From: a virus
Lineage: Duplodnaviria; Caudoviricetes
DNA length: 64,000 bases
Virus record (IMG/VR): IMGVR_UViG_3300037721_000031
Span: 32,001-96,000 of that record
Strand: one strand, 5' to 3'
Shown here: in pieces, positions 47,506 through 57,712 of the stretch
Layout of the letters: every line of letters starts with the position of its first letter
Position numbering within the stretch: position 1 is the first letter of the stretch
Translations under genes and position numbers: made by a program
The notes under the pieces: model-generated
Databases searched by the model: none
Told to the model about the DNA's origin: nothing
The model's input: only the letters and a program-made list of their open reading frames with translations

Positions 47506-50500
47506 ATGGCAACGAAGAATAATTCAAAGACAAAGTACGAATCGAATGATTTTAATATAGATTCTAGTCTTGACTTACCAGATTTTGATTTTGATGCTAC
47601 TGATATTAAAGAAGATCGTAACCCAGTTATTTCAGCCGCGAAGTCCGCAGCACAAGGTGTTGCAGATTCTGTATTCAATACTGGTGTGATTCGTTCTACT
47701 ATTAATAAAACTCTACCAAAAGAGTATGGTAGTATTTTAAATATCACAGATCATACAACTGACTCCATACGTTCACTATACGATACCGCGGCTAAGGAAT
47801 TTAAACCAGCTAAGAATGACCTTAAGAGAATAGCTGGGCGTGTAGCGCCAGCAGTAGAAGGTGTTCTTGGTAAGAAGATTGCTGACAAGCTTAGAGCAAT
47901 GTCTAAGTCAGGTGAATCGGTAGGTATTGACCTTAGTATTGAAAGGCAGCGGGACGACAGTCTCGTTATGGAGCTTGGTAATATATTTAAGGCTCAGGCA
48001 GATGTTGCTGATCAAAAAGAAGCTACTGATGAAAGTAGAGAGCAATTTAGAGACAGTATTGATCAAGTAAGGCATCGTAACGAGATTAGTCAGCTAGACA
48101 GTATTCGAGTAGGTATTGAGCAGCTTACTAGTTACCAAGATAATGTCTTATCTAATTATCAGAAGAAATCTCTTGAGTTACAATTCAGACAGTACTTTGT
48201 CACTGCTGACTTACTAGAGATTACTAAGAAATCAGCTGCTGAACAAGATACGAAATTGCAAGGTATCTTGAAGAATACTGGATTACCTGAATTTGTTAAA
48301 ATTAATGAGTCTGAAAGATTCTCAGAATTAGCTCGTAATAAATTCTATTCAGATATCCGCGACAGTCTCTTCGGAGAGATGGATGGTACTGAATACATAA
48401 AGAAATTTGTTAATAATGTTAAGAAATCATTAACGGCAAATATCCAAGAATGGGCACAATCAGCCAGTCAAATTACGTTCATGGCTGATATGGCTACAGG
48501 GGCCATAAGTGACGGTGAAGGTCCTAGTAAAGCTCAACTGCTAGGAGGTGTTGCTGGCGGGCTAGTTGGTGATTATGCTGTAGGTAAAGGGCAGGAGAAG
48601 CTTAAGAAACTTCTTGAAGGTAATAAGGAATTAGCTAAAGGTGCCGAGAATGTAGCTTACAGAGTTAACAATTCTGCACAACTAGCTGATGACTACATGG
48701 CTGAAGCTGACTGGGGTGGATTCGAAGGACTTCGTCAGTTCTTAGATGATAACCGTCCACAGATTATGGCAGACACGGCAATGGATGCAGATTCTCTGTC
48801 GGAGATGCATAAGCCAATGCCGTTTAGTCGCGCTGCTAGTAAATCTATCATTGAAATCATTCCAGGTTACTTGGCTCGTATTCATCAAGAAATACAAATT
48901 CTTAGAACAGGTAATGAGTCTATAGGTTTGTCAGCGTACGACTATAATACTAACAAGTTCACTACTCAGAAGAATTTGAGTAAAAAGATAGTTAACGACC
49001 TTATAGTTAAAGATGATGGTAATGGTTCTAACAGTGTTAGTGAAATTAAGAAACGTCAAAACGATATCTTAAAGATAGTTGACCCTGAAGAGAAGCTTAC
49101 AGGTACTCAGCGTAAGGCTATTAGTGACACGCTACTTCGTACGTCTGTTACTCGTAGATCTACAGATGCTAAGCATTTATCTAATAAACATTTCTGGCGT
49201 AAAGCTGGTAGCGAAGCAGATGGTATTGCTAATGTTTTTGCGAAGATGCTTGAAACTGATAAAAACGGTAAGCGTGCTGACACGTTACCAGCTATTAGAA
49301 ATCAGAATATTATTTCTAATGCGGTACGCGGATTGACAAAGGGTATAGATGATCCTAGGGCTAAAATACAAGAGATGATCAACACTGGACAGTACAGTGT
49401 TCTTAGAGATTCTGGTCTTATTGACGACGATAACAGAATTTCAATTGACAATCTTGTAAAGATACTTAGCGGTGATTCAGATAAGGTACAAACAGAAAGC
49501 GATAGAGCGCTTGGTACTGTTAAAAATAAGAGTGTAAATATTGGTAAAAATGTTCAACGTGACAAACCAGTAAGAGCTTTTAGTACGACAGTTTCTAAAG
49601 TTGAAGCGATAGCGCGCATTGATCCAGAAGCTTTTGAACCATTATCTAAAGCAATATATTCGCTACAAGACAGTTTTAAAGTATCTTCCACGCTGAAGCC
49701 TGTTGAGACCTTAGTAGAGTTGGTTACTTCAATAGACAAGCGTCTTAGCGAGGGATTAGCAGTTTATGGCGATACAACTGGCCGCATACTCACTGGCGAT
49801 AGGAATCAGCCAGGTTGGTTCTCTGAAAAAGTAAAAGAAACTCGTAAGAAGTGGTCAGAAATTTCAATAGGTGAACTAGGTGCTAAAGCTAAAGAAGTTG
49901 GCGCTAAAGGCTTTACTTATGTAAAAGACCACATGAGTAAGCTCGCTAGTACTGCTGGAAATATTGCAGTTAAGGCACGTGATCTTGTTCAGACTACTTT
50001 ACAAAGAGCTGCTGACAGGATGGGTGATATCTACGTAGGTAGTGAGTTAAAGCCACGGTTGACACGTGCTAAAATGCTAGCTGGAGAATACATTGACCAG
50101 GCTACTGGTAAGGTACTATCTTCTCTCGATGATATTAAAGGCACTGTTATAGATAGAGATGGTAACATCATCTTGAGCATTGAGGATTTAAAAATAGCTC
50201 AATTGCGCGGTAAGACGATCGAGTATCTGAAAGATAAAATTCAAGGACTTGGTGGTTTGCTAGCGAAAGCAGCATTACAAGGTAGTACCATGTTGGGCGG
50301 GCTGTACGGTAGAATGTTCTCTATCGGTATGGTTGGCTTACATAAAGCAAAGCTACTGCTGCCACCATTCGATGTGTATGTTAACGGTAGTATGGAAAAA
50401 CCATTACTATACGCGTCTCAGTTTAAACTTGGATCATACTTCTCTAAGAAAACAGGTAATGTAGTTAAGCATCCTAGAGATATCGACGGACCTGTTCTTG

Positions 50501-53500
50501 ATAAAGATGGTAATATCATTGTCACAGAAGAACAAGTAAATAAGGGCTTAGTTGATAGGAACGGAATCGCTATATCTAACATACTTGGTCGTGGTCTGAA
50601 CAAAGTTAAAGAACTTGGCCTTGCAGGCTTTTCTTTAATTAAGAAATTTGGCATGTCTGTTAAGAATTTCGCCACAGATGCATTTGGTGCATTAGGTGAA
50701 ATGGTCAAAGGCTTATTCAACGGCTTTTCTTACTTTGGTGAGAAGTATGTTGAGATTAATAAAGACCAACTTGACGTTCAGTTAGAAATCTTGAAATTGT
50801 TACAGGAACGTTTACCTAAGAAAGTTACTGGTGATTCAGACGGAGACGGTGTTAGAGAAGGATCCGTTCAAGACATCATTAACCGTAGAAAAGAAGAGAA
50901 AAGTAAGAAGGAAGAAAAGCTGTCTGATAAAGCTAAGACCACTGGTACTGGTGGATCTAGTCTCTACGGAGCTATTGCTGGTCTCTTCAAAGGTAAGAAG
51001 AAAGATGAGGGTGAAGAAGGTGGTAAAGATAGTAGTCTTTTATCTGACGCTGCTGATGCTGCCGATATCTATGATTCCGTAAGAAGTGACAAGAGTGGTA
51101 TTCCTGATTCTAAAGACACTGTCAAAGGCAAGGGTGTTGGTAAAGTTACTGCAAGAGCGACAACTAAGGTAGGTCGTTTACTCCAAGGCGCTAAAGGGCT
51201 AGCAGGTAAAGCCGCTGGTACAATTGGTAAAGTTGGTGGAACAGCAGTAGGTGCCGCAGCGTCATTCTTTGGTTTAGGAAGTGTTCTAGGTAAAGCCGGC
51301 GGTGCTCTGGGTAAGATTGCTACAGTTGGTGGTTCAGCCATTGGCAAAGTGGGTATGGGTCTTGGTCGGTTAGGCTTAGCAGCATTAACTAGTGGTGGTA
51401 CTATAGCTGTAGCGCGCGCGGCTTTAATGGGTTTGACTGGCGCACTGTTCTCACCGATAGGCTTAGCAGCATTAGGACTTACTGCCGCTTACTACGGATA
51501 TAAATATCTAACTCGTAAGAAATTGGAAGTACTGAATAAAGTTCGCTATGTTCAGTATGGTTTCAATGCTAATGACGAAGATCACTTTAAAGCAGTGTTT
51601 GAACTGGAAGATTCTTTAGAAGAGCATGTTAAACTTGATAACGGAACTGCTAGTTTAGATGATAAGAAAATCGATCTTAACGAATTAGCTGAACCGTTTG
51701 GTATTAAAGCTACAGATAAAGAATCTGTTCGTAAATGGGCGTACTGGTTTAATGATCGTTTCAAGCCAATCTTCTTAGCTCATAAGTCAGCGTTGCGAGC
51801 AATTAAACCTGATCTGAAGATTGCAAATGTAGATGGGTCAAAACTCACGCCGCAGGAAAAGTTAAACTACTTAGGTGCGACAGAATTACCTGGGGCTAAT
51901 TATAGTCTAACTACATCACCATTTGTAGATTTAGAAAGATTGTCTTCAGATAGTCGTGCAGTTCAGGCTCAGATTGAAATTGCTAGAACTACAATTCAGC
52001 AAGAAGTAAAGACTGGTAGTACTTCTAAAAATACAGTCGCTACAGCTACAGCTATGGCTACATTGTCTGCTAGTGGTCTTAATAAAGATGGTTCTGTTAA
52101 TAACAATAATCAACTGAATACTAGTAATGCTAAATCACTAGGGTTAAGCTCATTAGTTAACGGACTGAATAAAAGAGAAACTATCAAAGACGCTAGTAAC
52201 AGTATTTCTGCACAAAGTACGTTATCCTCTGATTACCTGTTTACAGGCGATAAAGGTCAGATGGATGCTTTAACTGTTATCCGTTTTAAAGCTTACGGCT
52301 TAATAACAATGGATGCGGAAAAAGTAAAAGCGTTACGTTACTTGGAAGTTTATGTTGCACGCAGAACAAACTTTAGTAAAGACGGTGCTGAATACGCTCA
52401 AGATGTAGAGGCTCTGTTAGAAGATGTAAAGGTTTATTTCGGTATTAGCGGGGCTCGTTCACCACGCGGCTATAAGTGGATAACTTGGTTCCGTTCACGA
52501 TTCTTACCTGTATTCTTGAACTTTTCTACAGCTGTAGAAAAAGCAACAAGAAAAGCAGACGTTGTCCAAGCTGAGAGAACACTTACATCTGAACAAGCTG
52601 TGGCTGTAGCATCGGCTGTCTATACAACTACTTCTATCTATGACGGTAGAAAGATGTCTGTTTGGAAAATAACAGATTGCTCACCGTGGGACAACTATCC
52701 TCTTAACGGTAATGACTCTTCAATTGAATTAAATTTAGAAGCTTTGAAAGAAGCAACTAAGGCTGTAATTCGTGGGGAACATAAGTCAGACAGTATTCGT
52801 CAGAAGACAGCCGATAATCGCAACAGAGCTGTTAATGAAGGTAGTACTTCTGATAACAAGACCCGTTCAGAATTAGGTAGTGGTGCAGTTGTGATGTATG
52901 CTAAGCCAACTAGTATTACTGAAAAGCAACGTGGTGAATCGTCCGTTTATGGTAATAACCAACCAGAGCTATTGCGGCAAGATGGGCGCAATGTTCGTGC
53001 TGTTGGTGAGTACCTGACTGGAGTAAAGATAAACCATCCAGGGGCCGGTACTGGCGGTGATATTAACTCATTACCTGATCCAGGAACAGCTACTGGTGCA
53101 GAAGCCATAGTTCCGTTGTTACGCGAAGTAGCAAAGATGACCGGTGTGGATCCGAAAATCTTGATAGACATGTGTGCGATTGAATCTAAATTTGATCCAC
53201 AAGCAAGACCATTTGATCCACGTACTGGTAAATATCTGTCTAGTGCAGTAGGCTTGCTACAATTCCTGAAAGGAACATGGGCAGACCAACTTCGTGCGAA
53301 TGGGTCTAAGTATGGTATTGCAATAGGGACACCACCAACAGATGCTAGAGCGAATGCATTAATGGGTGCCGAGTTCATTAAGAGCAATATGAATTACTTA
53401 AAGAGCAAAGTCAAACGAGATCTGACAGAAACTGATGTTTACTTGGCTCATTTCTTAGGAGCGGAAGGAGCTTCTAAATTCTTGCAGATGGATCGTAATA

Positions 53501-54345
53501 CGCCAGCAGCTACAACAATGCCAGATGAGGCGCAAGCTAATCCAGGTGTGTTCTTTGATAAAACTGGTAGGACTCGTACAGCTGGTGAGATTTACGAACA
53601 TTTTACTAAGAAAATATCTAATCAGGCTAGAGATCTCGGTGTAACTGATTCAATGTTTACAGAAGTGCAGCAAAGTACTAATAAGAAATCTAAAGTACAA
53701 GATTCATCACAAAGTACTACAGCAGCGGTTCCAGTAAGCAACTCGGTGTCAGGTAATCAAAAGTCTCAGGCTACATCTAGTGCAACATTAGGTACTAGTT
53801 CCAAGACAAACATGATGAGTACCCCGACTGTTGATAGTGGTACTACTACATCTAGTCAACCTAGTAAGTCAAACGCGGTCAATGCTGTTAAGAGTATTAT
53901 TGATTCACCTGCAAAGACTTCCGCAGTCATTAAAGAGCAATCTAGTAAATTGCCAACAAATGCAGGTATTGATAGTTCTAATGAAACTGTTATTGAGACG
54001 CAGTCAAAGAAGCAAGAAGCTTCAGCAGCACAGGTGATTCGTAAACCAGAAGGCTTTATGGGTTTCCAACCTAGGATACGTCCTAGCCCACAAGAAATCC
54101 AGGCCATCGAACTTGCTAATCGTCCTAATATGGAGAAAGGTATTAATGATGTTAATCGAACGTTACTGCAATCATTGGGTGTGCATGAGGAATCACGTGA
54201 CCTGTTACGCAGGATTGTAGATAATTTATCATCAGTACCTGTAACGAATGATGTCAAAGCTCCCGCGACATTACCACAAGCAGTACAACCTCGTATTCCA
54301 AAAGAAGCGACTAAGGTCCCTATCAACATGGGTCGTAGAGGTTAG
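47506..54345 (+). CDS. Tape measure protein with a C-terminal lytic transglycosylase (phiKZ gp181-like)
   Basis: 2279 aa, helical and Gly/Ala-rich; SLT motifs AIESKFDP, SSAVGLLQFLKGTW and YLAHFLGAEGA. Confidence 0.9.
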   Translation: MATKNNSKTKYESNDFNIDSSLDLPDFDFDATDIKEDRNPVISAAKSAAQGVADSVFNTGVIRSTINKTLPKEYGSILNITDHTTDSIRSLYDTAAKEFKPAKNDLKRIAGRVAPAVEGVLGKKIADKLRAMSKSGESVGIDLSIERQRDDSLVMELGNIFKAQADVADQKEATDESREQFRDSIDQVRHRNEISQLDSIRVGIEQLTSYQDNVLSNYQKKSLELQFRQYFVTADLLEITKKSAAEQDTKLQGILKNTGLPEFVKINESERFSELARNKFYSDIRDSLFGEMDGTEYIKKFVNNVKKSLTANIQEWAQSASQITFMADMATGAISDGEGPSKAQLLGGVAGGLVGDYAVGKGQEKLKKLLEGNKELAKGAENVAYRVNNSAQLADDYMAEADWGGFEGLRQFLDDNRPQIMADTAMDADSLSEMHKPMPFSRAASKSIIEIIPGYLARIHQEIQILRTGNESIGLSAYDYNTNKFTTQKNLSKKIVNDLIVKDDGNGSNSVSEIKKRQNDILKIVDPEEKLTGTQRKAISDTLLRTSVTRRSTDAKHLSNKHFWRKAGSEADGIANVFAKMLETDKNGKRADTLPAIRNQNIISNAVRGLTKGIDDPRAKIQEMINTGQYSVLRDSGLIDDDNRISIDNLVKILSGDSDKVQTESDRALGTVKNKSVNIGKNVQRDKPVRAFSTTVSKVEAIARIDPEAFEPLSKAIYSLQDSFKVSSTLKPVETLVELVTSIDKRLSEGLAVYGDTTGRILTGDRNQPGWFSEKVKETRKKWSEISIGELGAKAKEVGAKGFTYVKDHMSKLASTAGNIAVKARDLVQTTLQRAADRMGDIYVGSELKPRLTRAKMLAGEYIDQATGKVLSSLDDIKGTVIDRDGNIILSIEDLKIAQLRGKTIEYLKDKIQGLGGLLAKAALQGSTMLGGLYGRMFSIGMVGLHKAKLLLPPFDVYVNGSMEKPLLYASQFKLGSYFSKKTGNVVKHPRDIDGPVLDKDGNIIVTEEQVNKGLVDRNGIAISNILGRGLNKVKELGLAGFSLIKKFGMSVKNFATDAFGALGEMVKGLFNGFSYFGEKYVEINKDQLDVQLEILKLLQERLPKKVTGDSDGDGVREGSVQDIINRRKEEKSKKEEKLSDKAKTTGTGGSSLYGAIAGLFKGKKKDEGEEGGKDSSLLSDAADAADIYDSVRSDKSGIPDSKDTVKGKGVGKVTARATTKVGRLLQGAKGLAGKAAGTIGKVGGTAVGAAASFFGLGSVLGKAGGALGKIATVGGSAIGKVGMGLGRLGLAALTSGGTIAVARAALMGLTGALFSPIGLAALGLTAAYYGYKYLTRKKLEVLNKVRYVQYGFNANDEDHFKAVFELEDSLEEHVKLDNGTASLDDKKIDLNELAEPFGIKATDKESVRKWAYWFNDRFKPIFLAHKSALRAIKPDLKIANVDGSKLTPQEKLNYLGATELPGANYSLTTSPFVDLERLSSDSRAVQAQIEIARTTIQQEVKTGSTSKNTVATATAMATLSASGLNKDGSVNNNNQLNTSNAKSLGLSSLVNGLNKRETIKDASNSISAQSTLSSDYLFTGDKGQMDALTVIRFKAYGLITMDAEKVKALRYLEVYVARRTNFSKDGAEYAQDVEALLEDVKVYFGISGARSPRGYKWITWFRSRFLPVFLNFSTAVEKATRKADVVQAERTLTSEQAVAVASAVYTTTSIYDGRKMSVWKITDCSPWDNYPLNGNDSSIELNLEALKEATKAVIRGEHKSDSIRQKTADNRNRAVNEGSTSDNKTRSELGSGAVVMYAKPTSITEKQRGESSVYGNNQPELLRQDGRNVRAVGEYLTGVKINHPGAGTGGDINSLPDPGTATGAEAIVPLLREVAKMTGVDPKILIDMCAIESKFDPQARPFDPRTGKYLSSAVGLLQFLKGTWADQLRANGSKYGIAIGTPPTDARANALMGAEFIKSNMNYLKSKVKRDLTETDVYLAHFLGAEGASKFLQMDRNTPAATTMPDEAQANPGVFFDKTGRTRTAGEIYEHFTKKISNQARDLGVTDSMFTEVQQSTNKKSKVQDSSQSTTAAVPVSNSVSGNQKSQATSSATLGTSSKTNMMSTPTVDSGTTTSSQPSKSNAVNAVKSIIDSPAKTSAVIKEQSSKLPTNAGIDSSNETVIETQSKKQEASAAQVIRKPEGFMGFQPRIRPSPQEIQAIELANRPNMEKGINDVNRTLLQSLGVHEESRDLLRRIVDNLSSVPVTNDVKAPATLPQAVQPRIPKEATKVPINMGRRG

Positions 54346-54357
54346 TACTTTATGTTT

Positions 54358-54387
54358 CAGGAGAGGGGGAGTTCCCCCTCTCCTGAG
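54358..54387. terminator. Strong hairpin between the tape measure gene and the next gene
   Basis: tcaggagaggggga-gt-tccccctctcctga followed by gtatttt. Confidence 0.6.
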
Positions 54388-54410
54388 TATTTTCGAAGAG
54401 GAACAAAAAC

Positions 54411-56420
54411 GTGTCTCTCCGTCGACAAGTCAGGGATACCCAATGGGTACGCCAATCATTTCTAGTATCTCTTGATGCTAAGAACAAACCGCAACTCGAC
54501 AATATCGAATTGCGCAATAGAACGTTTACTACCGCTAGATTTAAGTTTGTAGATACTACTCCTGGCGGTAACTTATGTATTAATCCGCCACCGCAGTTTA
54601 CACGGAATGCAGACCCAAAGGTAAATAACATTTTTACCCCACGTACACAGACTGGTCGCACTGTACAGACTACGGCTTCTCGTGGTCTTGGACGTTACTA
54701 TAGCGAGGCTATGGATGACAACATGCGTATAATCAGCATGCGTATGGGAGTACCTCAGTTTAATTCCTTGACGACATTCTTTACCGGATTCTATAATGCA
54801 GATGCAGGTTCTCTTGCCAGAACAGGTAGAGCTTCTAGTTGGATTTATACATTCTTTAGGGCAGCTGCGTTTATAGTACCATTACTGTCATTACCTATCT
54901 TATTCATTACTTGGGCAGGTAATACGTGGCGTTTTCTGAATGGTAATCCAAGTTCCAAGTATTACTATTTAAAACCAACAATGCCTTTATACTGGAATGC
55001 AGTTAATTCAATTGTGAATTTAATTGCTGTCAATAAAGGCATCATACCTCGTTTTTTTGATGAAGATACAAAGAACAAGATTGGTGATAATAGGTTTGCA
55101 TTTACTGGTGCCGATCTGCAACGATTCAGTCAGTTAATGCCTGACATTATGCGCCCAGATGGTGGTATTGATGTTTATGCTTTATCTACACGAGCCCAGC
55201 GTATAGCTCGTAGAGTTTATAAGCAAATGGATGTTGTTTATAGTCAGTTACATGCTTCTGGTGGAGGTCCGGATCAAATAGCTGAATATCTTGACAGAGT
55301 AGATAGACTCGGCATGCAAATAGATCCAGAGGATCGCGCACGTACATTCTCTCGTTATTTATCGGATTGGTTTGCAGCTACTCGCTCTCAAGTTAAGGCA
55401 CCTACAGCTCCTCCTTCAGCAGGCGCACAGGCGGCTAATAGTAACGGAAGCAGCGGTGTAGAGTCATTACCTACTGAACAAAGCGATGTAGATTCTTGGG
55501 ATAAGTTCCTAGAAGCCGAACTAGATGACGGTTCGTCTTTTATCTCCTTCCGTGTAGACTCTGACGGACCAGCTAGTGAAAGCTTTAGTAATACAGTAGG
55601 ACAATCAGACATTGCTAGTAGGTTTAACTCAATGTCGGGTAGTTCGCGTTCTACTGCGTTTAGTTTTGCTGGAGGTAACGTATCAGGAGATACCTTGGTT
55701 GGTGGTGCTGTGCAGGCTGTATTGGGTGCTGCTGCGGATGCTGTGCGTGGTGTTAGAGATGGTTTGCAACTTACAGGCCTGGCTGCTCTTGGTGGCGCTG
55801 CATTTGTTGATATTCCAGAGCACTGGCAATCATCTACCGCTAACTTACCAACAATGAGTTACTCATTCACACTGACTTCTCCTTATGGTAATAAGATGTC
55901 ACAGCTTACGAATATTTATATTCCACTAGCAATGATACTGGCATGTGCTTTACCATTATCTACAGGACGTCAATCATACACAAGTCCGTTTCTAATAGAA
56001 CTTTATGATCGTGGTCGAGCGCAAACTCGTTTAGGCATTATTGACTCTTTAAATATATCACGAGGTACTTCTAATCTGGCGTTCAATACTGCTGGAGAAC
56101 CAATGGCTATTGATGTATCATTCACTGTTAAAGACTTATCAACAGTAATGCATATGCCAATTATCCAAGGCTTCTCACTGACCAACCCGACAGCTAGTGT
56201 ATTCGACGATGATAATACATTTACAGATTACATGTCGGTACTTGGTTCACTTACTCTTCAAGAACAGATCTATACTGGTGATAAGCTTAAGTTAGCTTTT
56301 ACTAGATTAGGAGCTCAGTTCAGGTCATGGAAAAGCACAGCACGATGGATGCAATTAATCGGTGACCTACCTCCTGCAAGACTTGCAAGTATATTTTATA
56401 CGGGTATTAATAACAGATAG
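54411..56420 (+). CDS. Tail/baseplate structural protein (phiKZ gp182-like)
   Basis: 669 aa directly after the tape measure; GLGRYYSEAMDD, SPYGNK and ALPLSTGRQSYTSPF motifs. Confidence 0.7.
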   Translation: MSLRRQVRDTQWVRQSFLVSLDAKNKPQLDNIELRNRTFTTARFKFVDTTPGGNLCINPPPQFTRNADPKVNNIFTPRTQTGRTVQTTASRGLGRYYSEAMDDNMRIISMRMGVPQFNSLTTFFTGFYNADAGSLARTGRASSWIYTFFRAAAFIVPLLSLPILFITWAGNTWRFLNGNPSSKYYYLKPTMPLYWNAVNSIVNLIAVNKGIIPRFFDEDTKNKIGDNRFAFTGADLQRFSQLMPDIMRPDGGIDVYALSTRAQRIARRVYKQMDVVYSQLHASGGGPDQIAEYLDRVDRLGMQIDPEDRARTFSRYLSDWFAATRSQVKAPTAPPSAGAQAANSNGSSGVESLPTEQSDVDSWDKFLEAELDDGSSFISFRVDSDGPASESFSNTVGQSDIASRFNSMSGSSRSTAFSFAGGNVSGDTLVGGAVQAVLGAAADAVRGVRDGLQLTGLAALGGAAFVDIPEHWQSSTANLPTMSYSFTLTSPYGNKMSQLTNIYIPLAMILACALPLSTGRQSYTSPFLIELYDRGRAQTRLGIIDSLNISRGTSNLAFNTAGEPMAIDVSFTVKDLSTVMHMPIIQGFSLTNPTASVFDDDNTFTDYMSVLGSLTLQEQIYTGDKLKLAFTRLGAQFRSWKSTARWMQLIGDLPPARLASIFYTGINNR

Positions 56421-56479
56421 TTTATACCTTATGTTAAAATAGATACTATTTACAGTAGTACAGTTGAAAAAAAAGAAGA

Positions 56480-56524
56480 CGGCATAATAGCTAGAACCTT
56501 ACTGGGTTCTAGCTATTTATGCCG
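56480..56524. terminator. GGCATAA-family palindrome between convergent genes
   Basis: cggcat-aatagctagaacc-ttactg-ggttctagctatt-tatgccg. Confidence 0.8.
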
Positions 56525-56528
56525 TATT

Positions 56529-57641
56529 TTAATTAGAAGCTAGAATACCGACAACAGATACTATTTTCAGTAGAGTTCTCGGATCAATGGTATTTGTTTT
56601 CTTAACACTTTTAGGTGAGCTTTGAGAAATCAGTACTACTCTTGGAAAGAAGCGTTTAACTTCAGCTTCAACAGTAGTTTCTTTGTATAGTCCATGAAGT
56701 AAGTAATTCTTTCTGGGATCATCATCTAGCAGGAATTTTACACCATCAATAATTAAGTCTTGGAAAGCCGCGGAGCTACCAAGTAATCTTAAGATGTTGA
56801 TACCAGCTGAATCACCATTTGAACTAAACTTATCCCAATCTTTAAAAGCATTATCCATAGTAGCAAGGTACTTATTAAAAATACCTACCTTGTTACGAGA
56901 ATCTCTTGACATCTTAGTGCCATACGCCTTGCTTAGGTCCTGTCCTAGATTTGGATAAAGCATACCCATACTCTTTCCTACAGGAGAGCTAGATATCTCA
57001 AATATAGAGTCTAGATCACCATTAGAAAGAAGTTTAGGAAGTGATTTTTGAGCAGCTCTAGTAAGCACTGGTATCTCTTGAATACCAGAAGTTAGCTTAG
57101 TCCATACTCCACTCATTCCTAAATCAGAACTCTCACCAACTAATCCACCGACTACACCACCAACTGCATCAAAGTCGTCTATCTTGCAGACATTTTTATC
57201 ACCAGTGTAATCTGCTAGGAATGATCCTAAACCTGTAAGATCTTGAATATTTGCACTGTCTACTTTTGACTTTACACCACTAATATCTACTTCTAATTTC
57301 TCATTCATGTTCATACTGCCGAACATGTTACCTTTAGCATCATTTCCTAATGTTCTAAAAGAAGAGTTAGTTTTTGAATTAGTGGCCAGTAGTCTTTGAG
57401 TAAGAACATCTTTATCTACTTCTAGTTTCTCACCGCTAATTACTTTTATAGCAGTACCTAATTCAGGCTTGCTACTACTGTTTCCTATAACGCTAGATAC
57501 ATCAAATTCAGACGTATTAGATAATGACTGAATACTATTAACTGTTTTTTCACCAGGCTTACTTTTATAAGTATCTATGGCTGCTAAGTCATCTTTAGCA
57601 CCAGTTGAGAAAACAGTCTTTACTAAAGGCTGACTGGCCAT
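56529..57641 (-). CDS. Probable virion structural protein
   Basis: 370 aa with FSTGAKDDLAAIDTY N-terminus, recalled from phiKZ-like virion proteins. Confidence 0.5.
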   Translation of the reverse strand: MASQPLVKTVFSTGAKDDLAAIDTYKSKPGEKTVNSIQSLSNTSEFDVSSVIGNSSSKPELGTAIKVISGEKLEVDKDVLTQRLLATNSKTNSSFRTLGNDAKGNMFGSMNMNEKLEVDISGVKSKVDSANIQDLTGLGSFLADYTGDKNVCKIDDFDAVGGVVGGLVGESSDLGMSGVWTKLTSGIQEIPVLTRAAQKSLPKLLSNGDLDSIFEISSSPVGKSMGMLYPNLGQDLSKAYGTKMSRDSRNKVGIFNKYLATMDNAFKDWDKFSSNGDSAGINILRLLGSSAAFQDLIIDGVKFLLDDDPRKNYLLHGLYKETTVEAEVKRFFPRVVLISQSSPKSVKKTNTIDPRTLLKIVSVVGILASN

Positions 57642-57662
57642 AATTGATATCCTAAATTTGGC

Positions 57663-57693
57663 AAAAAAAAATATAGAGAGGGCGAACCCTCTC
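57663..57693 (-). terminator. Rho-independent terminator with a UUCG loop
   Basis: Minus strand gagaggg-ttcg-ccctctc-tatattttttttt. Confidence 0.7.
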
Positions 57694-57712
57694 CTTTTGA
57701 AACCGTTATGAT

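Noticed and set aside
51050-51500. Gly/Ala/Lys-rich quasi-repeats in the tape measure
   Set aside because: Typical low-complexity segment of tape measure proteins; no exact DNA repeat unit
52947-54329. Antisense ORFs of 146 and 157 aa inside the tape measure gene
   Set aside because: Shadow ORFs of a long coding strand; no RBS or recognisable motifs
54350-54661. 103-aa alternative-frame ORF overlapping the gp182-like start
   Set aside because: Runs through the terminator hairpin and overlaps a well-supported gene in another frame
694-56524. CRISPR array interpretation of the repeated palindromes
   Set aside because: Copies are dispersed kilobases apart, have variable stems, lack regular spacers, and there are no cas genes
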